The notes beneath the pieces were generated by a model. It saw nothing but the letters and a program-made list of their open reading frames with translations, was not told the origin of the DNA and did no database searches. Shown here piece after piece: positions 26,274-31,484 of a DNA stretch of 31,484 nucleotides. The DNA lies in the IMG/VR virus record IMGVR_UViG_3300020045_003117, positions 1 through 31,484 of that record; one strand, given 5' to 3'. Origin of the DNA: a virus (lineage: Duplodnaviria > Caudoviricetes). The position numbers and the translations under genes were made by a program. Position 1 is the first letter of the stretch; each line of letters opens with the position of its first letter.

Positions 26274-26789
26274 TTAAGAATTTGGAGTATTATTTCCGTC
26301 AAAACTAGGGTCTGACGGTGTATTTGTTATTGTTTGTATTGTCTGCGTAATCGGCTCTGTAAAATCCTGTACAAGCTCAGATCCGCAGGCAAGAGTATAT
26401 ATATAAGAGAAAACACTGTCCTCTCTTTTTTCGTGCTCAAATTTAAGGGCATATATTCGTCGACAATTTGTCGGCTCAAAGCCTAGTAATGAATTAGAAA
26501 CGAGTCTAAATGCGTCGTAAATACCGCCAGCACCTCTCAATTTTTCGCCCATTATAACGATTTGCATATTAGCGTCCTCCTCCTGTACAATAAAGTTTGT
26601 ACTTTTGGGCTTTGCGAAGTTACTAGCCGCATAACAAACATAAACTCTCGTACGCTTCTCAGTTGCTTTTTTATAGTCCTTTTCATTTTCTGGTAACAAA
26701 TCGACGATTATGTCGGTAGGAGTTGCCAGAGCATCAAAATCAGCTATTAATTTAGCTTTTATACTGTTTTCTGCGAGCTCTATATTCAT
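26274..26789 (-). CDS. Tail completion/terminator protein (Gp37-like)
   Basis: Position before the sheath; VYVCYAASNF..P, LRG..GIY...LLGFEP. Confidence 0.75.
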   Translation of the reverse strand: MNIELAENSIKAKLIADFDALATPTDIIVDLLPENEKDYKKATEKRTRVYVCYAASNFAKPKSTNFIVQEEDANMQIVIMGEKLRGAGGIYDAFRLVSNSLLGFEPTNCRRIYALKFEHEKREDSVFSYIYTLACGSELVQDFTEPITQTIQTITNTPSDPSFDGNNTPNS

Positions 26790-27134
26790 TTATTCTGCAA
26801 TGTCTAAAGTGGCGATAAACGTCCAGCCGTCGTATAATTTCGTAACCTTACTAATATACCAAACATCAGCACCAATAGTAACGTATTCCTTAACGAGGCC
26901 AGCATCGACACTCTCTTTTAATCCCTCAAAAGTACCAATATAGTACTCCATTCGGTTTTGATCTGGATCAAAGTCCAATTCTGCCAGTTTCCGACTATCC
27001 GTCGGATTATTAAAAAGAACGCTCCCAGTTTTTGGGATAACACTACCATTTGGAGTCCAGACCGCAGGCTTTCCCATTGTTGAAAGAACAGCGTTAAAAC
27101 ATGCGGCCTCGAGTCCGTCAAATGGAGTGGTCAT
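26790..27134 (-). CDS. Head-tail joining protein
   Basis: PFD...STMG..AVW...F.GL...DG.TF.A.L pattern; position after head genes. Confidence 0.7.
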   Translation of the reverse strand: MTTPFDGLEAACFNAVLSTMGKPAVWTPNGSVIPKTGSVLFNNPTDSRKLAELDFDPDQNRMEYYIGTFEGLKESVDAGLVKEYVTIGADVWYISKVTKLYDGWTFIATLDIAE

Positions 27135-27147
27135 AGCTTAAAAAAAA

Positions 27148-27699
27148 TTAAGCTGAGGCCATAATTCCAGCGTTTTTCAGCGCTGTTAAAATTGCGTTTG
27201 TTTTTGCAGCTAAATCAGCTAAGTTGTCGGCGATAGTTGCATTAATAGCTCCCTGAGCAGCTAAATCCGCAGGCGTACCTACAGGAATAATCGCTAAAGT
27301 AGAGTTTGCAGTACCTCCAGTGTTATCAGTTAACGCAGCAACAACAGCCGCAACAGGAGTCCCGTTACCTTGTCCGTACATTTTAACGTCAACTAATACG
27401 TCAGCAGACAACTGAGACGTAAATGCAATACCAAGAGGTTTATCTGTAGCCGTTTTAGTCACTTTTTTAGTAGCCGTGTCCCAGAAAAGCTCGTCTCCCT
27501 GAGTAATAACCAAAGGAGCTGTTTTTGCTAATCTAAAAACACTTTGACTAATATCAACAGACTTAGTCTCCGTATCAGGAATATCTGTAACTGCAATACC
27601 AGCTACAGAGCCAACAATCACAACATCACCAGCCTCGATTAGAGAACCAGTTGAGTTAGTGTATGCGATAACTTTACCGCTTTGAATGTAATTTCTCAT
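27148..27699 (-). CDS. DUF2190-like capsid cement/decoration protein with C-terminal extension
   Basis: MRNYIQSG, GDVVIVG..AGIA, VFRLAK, GDELFWD, LGIA; follows the capsid gene. Confidence 0.85.
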   Translation of the reverse strand: MRNYIQSGKVIAYTNSTGSLIEAGDVVIVGSVAGIAVTDIPDTETKSVDISQSVFRLAKTAPLVITQGDELFWDTATKKVTKTATDKPLGIAFTSQLSADVLVDVKMYGQGNGTPVAAVVAALTDNTGGTANSTLAIIPVGTPADLAAQGAINATIADNLADLAAKTNAILTALKNAGIMASA

Positions 27700-27734
27700 T
27701 TTTCTATGGATTTAAAATATTTATACTTGAAATA

Positions 27735-27752
27735 GGGAGGTTTCAGCCTCCC
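27735..27752 (-). terminator. Hairpin after the capsid gene (partial terminator or mRNA stabiliser)
   Basis: GGGAGG-CUGAAA-CCUCCC followed by UAUUUC. Confidence 0.6.
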
Positions 27753-27777
27753 ATATCTCCTCGTTTAAGTGTTAAAA

Positions 27778-29826
27778 TTATGCGTTTGGTACTTTGTAAA
27801 GTGCTTTGTGATCTAATGCCTTAGCAGCAAAAATCATTCTAGCCTTAATTTGAATACCATCAACCTCGAAGCCTTGACGCTGCTCAGTGAATAATGCAGA
27901 CTCACCCTCTAAGGTAGAAACCTCGATTGTATCGTACTGATTAGGGTCGCCGATTAAGAACCAAGAGTTATCAGTAATGCGAGGCTCAACAATTACCTCA
28001 CAGTAACCTTTAAACACATTAGTGTTAGCGGTTGTAGCGGCAACGATTGACGCATTCATGATCTTAACAGCAGCCGTTTCGTATGCTGGCCCAACTACTA
28101 AGTATTTAGGCACAATATTTAAGAAATCTTCGCCGTTTAAATCTTTTTGGTTACGCATAGCTTGACGAGCAGCAGACAGAGACGCCTCAGCGATAACCGC
28201 AGGAGCAGCTGCTAAATTTCCGTGACTTGCATGGAATAACGCAATAGTATCACCCATAACAGGGTTATCTAATAAAATGCTATACACTAAATCAGACTGT
28301 TTTTGAGCTGCCTTATTAGCGATAGCTCTAGGAATACGAGATAATGCTGATAAATCGTCGTTAATCATTGACTCCCATGTGAAGTTAATCATTTGACCAT
28401 ATTTAATCAATTTATATACCTCTTTACCGTCCGTCAAAGACACAGCTTGGTACTCTCCGCCCTCTTCAATTTTATTGAAACCGCCAACTAACTGAGATAA
28501 TCTCACGCGTGTAGTCTCTCTAAAATCTGCCATTGTACCTGTCGACACTAAAGGTTTCCAAGTTGGCGCAGCCAAATCGTATGCACGCATTAAACTACGG
28601 TTAATAGTATTACCGAAAATATTTGGTAAATCACTCGTCGAGTGGTAGCCACGGACAGACGAACCCATTGATAACTGAGCAACTTCGCGCTTAGTCAATA
28701 AACGTACTTGTCTGTCAGACATTCCGCCGCGAATTAAAAAATCCTTTCCTAATTCAATCAAAGACATACCGCGAAAATCGCCAGCGCCCTCAATTAATTT
28801 AACTGACGGGTCAGCTCTGTGCTCTAGCGCATTCTCAACTACAGTACGTAATTTTTCAGTCGCTTCGTGACCAATAGAAACGTCAGCAGTATGAGCGCCA
28901 CGAGTTCCAGCCCCCTCAGCGTCTTTTTTTGCAATTTCTGCGATAATCTCGCCGCGAGCGGTTGCGATATCCTTACCCTCAGTAATTAAACGAGTGGCAA
29001 AATCCTCAGATAATTTATGAGAACGACATTCGTTAACGATAGTCGTGATACGAGTACGCTCTGTACCTGTAGCCGATCTGATCGCCTCGTCGTTATTTGC
29101 CGGAGGATCACCCGCTGGCGGAGTTGCTGGCGCAGCTGTAAGCGAGCGCTCTAAAGTTGCGGTTAATTCAGCGTCGCTGATATCGTCAGCAACAGTAATG
29201 CCGCGCTTTTTAAGCAAGGCGATTATTTCCTCTCTTTTCATTATATTTTGATTTTGGGTTATGTCTTGTTTGTTAATAATTTCTATTTCTGTAAAGTCAG
29301 ACTCCTGACCTCTTATTTTAGCATTTGGATCTGCTGGAATTACAACGAGAGTAATCTCATTTGTCTGCCAAGAGCGCGCAATGTAAGTGGGAATATCAAC
29401 GCCCTCAGCTAAAGGCGTAGCCTCATAACTGCGAACATTATAACCAAATGATATGTCCTGCAAAATGCCATCTTTGATGTCCTGTACAATCTCCTCAACC
29501 TCGTCACGTTTAGAAAAACGCAAAGTTGCCATCCAAACACCGTCCTGCTTTCTGATATTCTCAGCGCGGCCGATAATGCCTTTGACACCAGTATATTTAT
29601 TGTGATCGTTTAAAAGTGGCAGAGATCCGGAGGCGCGACTCATATCGTGTCCGTCCATGTCTAAAACCTCATAAAAATAACCCTCAGAGTAATCGTATTT
29701 TAAAACTGGAGTAGTAGTTGCAAAAACTACATCAATACTGCGAGTCTTTTCGTCAAATGTATTAGGCACAAAATTCGCTCTTGTCGATTGTTTTCCTACC
29801 TTAATTTTTTTAACTGTGCCAGCCAT
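27778..29826 (-). CDS. Prohead protease-major capsid protein fusion
   Basis: N-terminal LPLLNDHN, ATLRFS, ISFGY, EITLVVIPAD; C-terminal HSTSDLP, EGGEY, YG...INDDL, PKYLVV. Confidence 0.95.
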   Translation of the reverse strand: MAGTVKKIKVGKQSTRANFVPNTFDEKTRSIDVVFATTTPVLKYDYSEGYFYEVLDMDGHDMSRASGSLPLLNDHNKYTGVKGIIGRAENIRKQDGVWMATLRFSKRDEVEEIVQDIKDGILQDISFGYNVRSYEATPLAEGVDIPTYIARSWQTNEITLVVIPADPNAKIRGQESDFTEIEIINKQDITQNQNIMKREEIIALLKKRGITVADDISDAELTATLERSLTAAPATPPAGDPPANNDEAIRSATGTERTRITTIVNECRSHKLSEDFATRLITEGKDIATARGEIIAEIAKKDAEGAGTRGAHTADVSIGHEATEKLRTVVENALEHRADPSVKLIEGAGDFRGMSLIELGKDFLIRGGMSDRQVRLLTKREVAQLSMGSSVRGYHSTSDLPNIFGNTINRSLMRAYDLAAPTWKPLVSTGTMADFRETTRVRLSQLVGGFNKIEEGGEYQAVSLTDGKEVYKLIKYGQMINFTWESMINDDLSALSRIPRAIANKAAQKQSDLVYSILLDNPVMGDTIALFHASHGNLAAAPAVIAEASLSAARQAMRNQKDLNGEDFLNIVPKYLVVGPAYETAAVKIMNASIVAATTANTNVFKGYCEVIVEPRITDNSWFLIGDPNQYDTIEVSTLEGESALFTEQRQGFEVDGIQIKARMIFAAKALDHKALYKVPNA
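29596..29716. repeat. 121-bp segment repeated exactly at 31364-31484
   Basis: Base-by-base identity by eye; same orientation; offset 1768 bp. Confidence 0.97.
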
Positions 29827-29897
29827 TTTGATGAGAATTATTTTCTACAATAGTACAAAGTTTTTTTTATTACTACAAAATATTTTTAAAATTATTT

Positions 29898-31355
29898 TTA
29901 GTTTGTAGGTTCGGCGGGCTTTGCAGCCGCCACAGCTTTTGCTGGTTGCCTCGCGTCTGAGTCTAAAATTATTTTTTTAGAGTCAAAATTTTTGTTGTCC
30001 TCTTCGATTTGAGCCAACAAAATATCAGCATCGTAACCTAACTCTCTAACAGCCTCCTGCCAAGAGATTAATCCCCCTCTGATAGCCGCAATAATAGCAT
30101 CCGTTTCTTTAACAGGGTCAATCATTTCTCGACGTGGTGGCGTCCATGTTACTGATAAATACTTTGTTCCTTTTGATAAACGCAAAGCATCCATAAACCA
30201 ACCCCAAACAGGGTTACAAATCATTGGTATAATTGTGTCGAGCTGACAGTCAGTAAAAAAACGCTGAGACTCCAGCCAACCCATACGGGCAGAGCTAAAA
30301 TTTACCTGAGATAAATCTCCGGTCAACGACTCATAAGTTATATTGTACCCAGCAGCAACGCCGTGCAAAACAGCGCTAACGTATTCCGAATATCCGCCAG
30401 CTCCAGGAGGGTTACCAAAAACGACAGTCTCACTCGGACGCAAACGTTGTATAATTCCAGGCTCTACTCTTTCAGATAAATCAGTATTAGCGGGCGCAGT
30501 CGCTCCGGGTATTGCCTCCGTACTATTCGTCACAAATACAGAAAAACAAGCCGCAATTTTCTGGCGAATTAGTTGCGCGTCTTCATAGTCGTCGAGATCT
30601 CTCAAACGTAGCATTGCGCTAACGCCCTCAGGTACACCGTGAACTTGTCCAGGACGTTCAATATTAAACGCATAAAGCACCTCCTCAACTGGTACAAGAG
30701 TAGAAAGCAAACTCGTGCCTTGATAATCTCCAGGGTGACGATCAAAGAGCCAATAACCTACTCTTTTGCCTGCTTTATTGAATTGAACGCCCTGTATTGT
30801 ATAGCTGCCATCCTTGTCGCTGAGCCCTAAATCCTTTTGTAAATCAATAAAATCAGGCTCAAGGACCTGCAAACGGAGAGGGTTTTCGCGGTCGTTTACA
30901 TATCTTTTACGAATTAATACGCCGCCAGCCTCAGAAATTGTACGCTGCGCAAGTCTTTGCAGACCGTAAAACGTTTTTAATCCGTCGAAATCGCATTTAT
31001 CCTTATCGTTCGCCCACGCATTCCATGCGGCAGTAATTTTTTTATCCTTATCGTCAGTAACTTTAGGGCGTATGCCTGTACCAACAACGTTACGCGCAAT
31101 CACAGAGATCGCGCGTTTTGCGTAAACATTGTTTCGAGTTAATTCTCTGGAGCGCTCACGTAGTTTTGGCAAAGTGCCCCACAACTCCGTATTAGCTGAC
31201 GCACCAGTTGAGTGCCAGCCATCCGTCCGGCGACCTCGCCCAGCTGAGTCGTATTTTCTTAACGAATTCAATGACTCAACGGCCATTCGATACTGTATTC
31301 GACTCAGTCCAGCCTTAGGACTAATAATGGTAATTAGTTTGTCTATCGTATTCAT
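29898..31355 (-). CDS. Portal protein, lambda family
   Basis: LRERSRELTRNN, VVGTGI, RPGQVHGVP, ITYESLTGDLSQVNFSSARMG, IDPVKE. Confidence 0.96.
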   Translation of the reverse strand: MNTIDKLITIISPKAGLSRIQYRMAVESLNSLRKYDSAGRGRRTDGWHSTGASANTELWGTLPKLRERSRELTRNNVYAKRAISVIARNVVGTGIRPKVTDDKDKKITAAWNAWANDKDKCDFDGLKTFYGLQRLAQRTISEAGGVLIRKRYVNDRENPLRLQVLEPDFIDLQKDLGLSDKDGSYTIQGVQFNKAGKRVGYWLFDRHPGDYQGTSLLSTLVPVEEVLYAFNIERPGQVHGVPEGVSAMLRLRDLDDYEDAQLIRQKIAACFSVFVTNSTEAIPGATAPANTDLSERVEPGIIQRLRPSETVVFGNPPGAGGYSEYVSAVLHGVAAGYNITYESLTGDLSQVNFSSARMGWLESQRFFTDCQLDTIIPMICNPVWGWFMDALRLSKGTKYLSVTWTPPRREMIDPVKETDAIIAAIRGGLISWQEAVRELGYDADILLAQIEEDNKNFDSKKIILDSDARQPAKAVAAAKPAEPTN

Positions 31356-31363
31356 TCTAAACC

Positions 31364-31484
31364 TTTATTGTGATCGTTTAAAAGTGGCAGAGATCCGGAG
31401 GCGCGACTCATATCGTGTCCGTCCATGTCTAAAACCTCATAAAAATAACCCTCAGAGTAATCGTATTTTAAAACTGGAGTAGTA
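31364..31484. repeat. Second copy of 29596-29716 at the window end
   Basis: Exact copy of protease-domain coding sequence joined just upstream of the portal start. Confidence 0.97.

Larger units (their letters stand above)
1..31484. mobile_element. Partial genome of a myovirus-type phage/prophage, probably infecting Bacteroidota
   Basis: Continuous head, contractile tail, baseplate, recombination and replication modules with no host housekeeping genes; TAnnTTTG elements upstream of several transcription units. Confidence 0.95.

Noticed and set aside
400-31355. Stop-codon reassignment
   Set aside because: Core genes are full length in the standard code and the only tRNA is not a suppressor
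31129-31482. 117-aa plus-strand ORF
   Set aside because: Antisense to the portal and spans the suspected chimeric junction
29596-31484. Diversity-generating retroelement TR/VR pair
   Set aside because: The copies are identical with no adenine-specific differences, and no reverse transcriptase is in the window

Overview
The window is about 31.5 kb of a tailed phage or prophage with a contractile (myovirus) tail. The host is most likely Bacteroidota, inferred from repeated TAnnTTTG promoter elements and A-rich translation starts without Shine-Dalgarno motifs. The minus strand at 400-10025 is an early/replication arm: Cro-like HTH, SF2 helicase, KTSC-like protein, VRR-NUC nuclease, primase-helicase, SSB, excisionase-like HTH and MazG-like protein. 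A plus-strand RecE/RecT-like cassette lies at 10113-12423. Small promoter-terminator units follow at 12425-13360. The minus-strand virion operon at 13364-31355 holds a lambda-type portal, a protease-capsid fusion, and P2-like sheath, tube, chaperone (-1 frameshift), tape measure, U/X/D/V/W/J/I and fibre genes. Terminase, lysis, integrase and repressor genes are not seen. The most unusual signals are: a baseplate hub (gpD) carrying two copies of an unrecognised ~87-aa Cys-containing domain; a CAT-anticodon tRNA inside the tail operon; three candidate structured or regulatory RNAs, one complementary to the translation starts of the phage's own early genes; a duplicated 84-bp promoter cassette; a 28-bp tandem array at the left end; and a probably chimeric 121-bp duplication at the right end. 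All family assignments come from motif recognition by eye; no database search was run.
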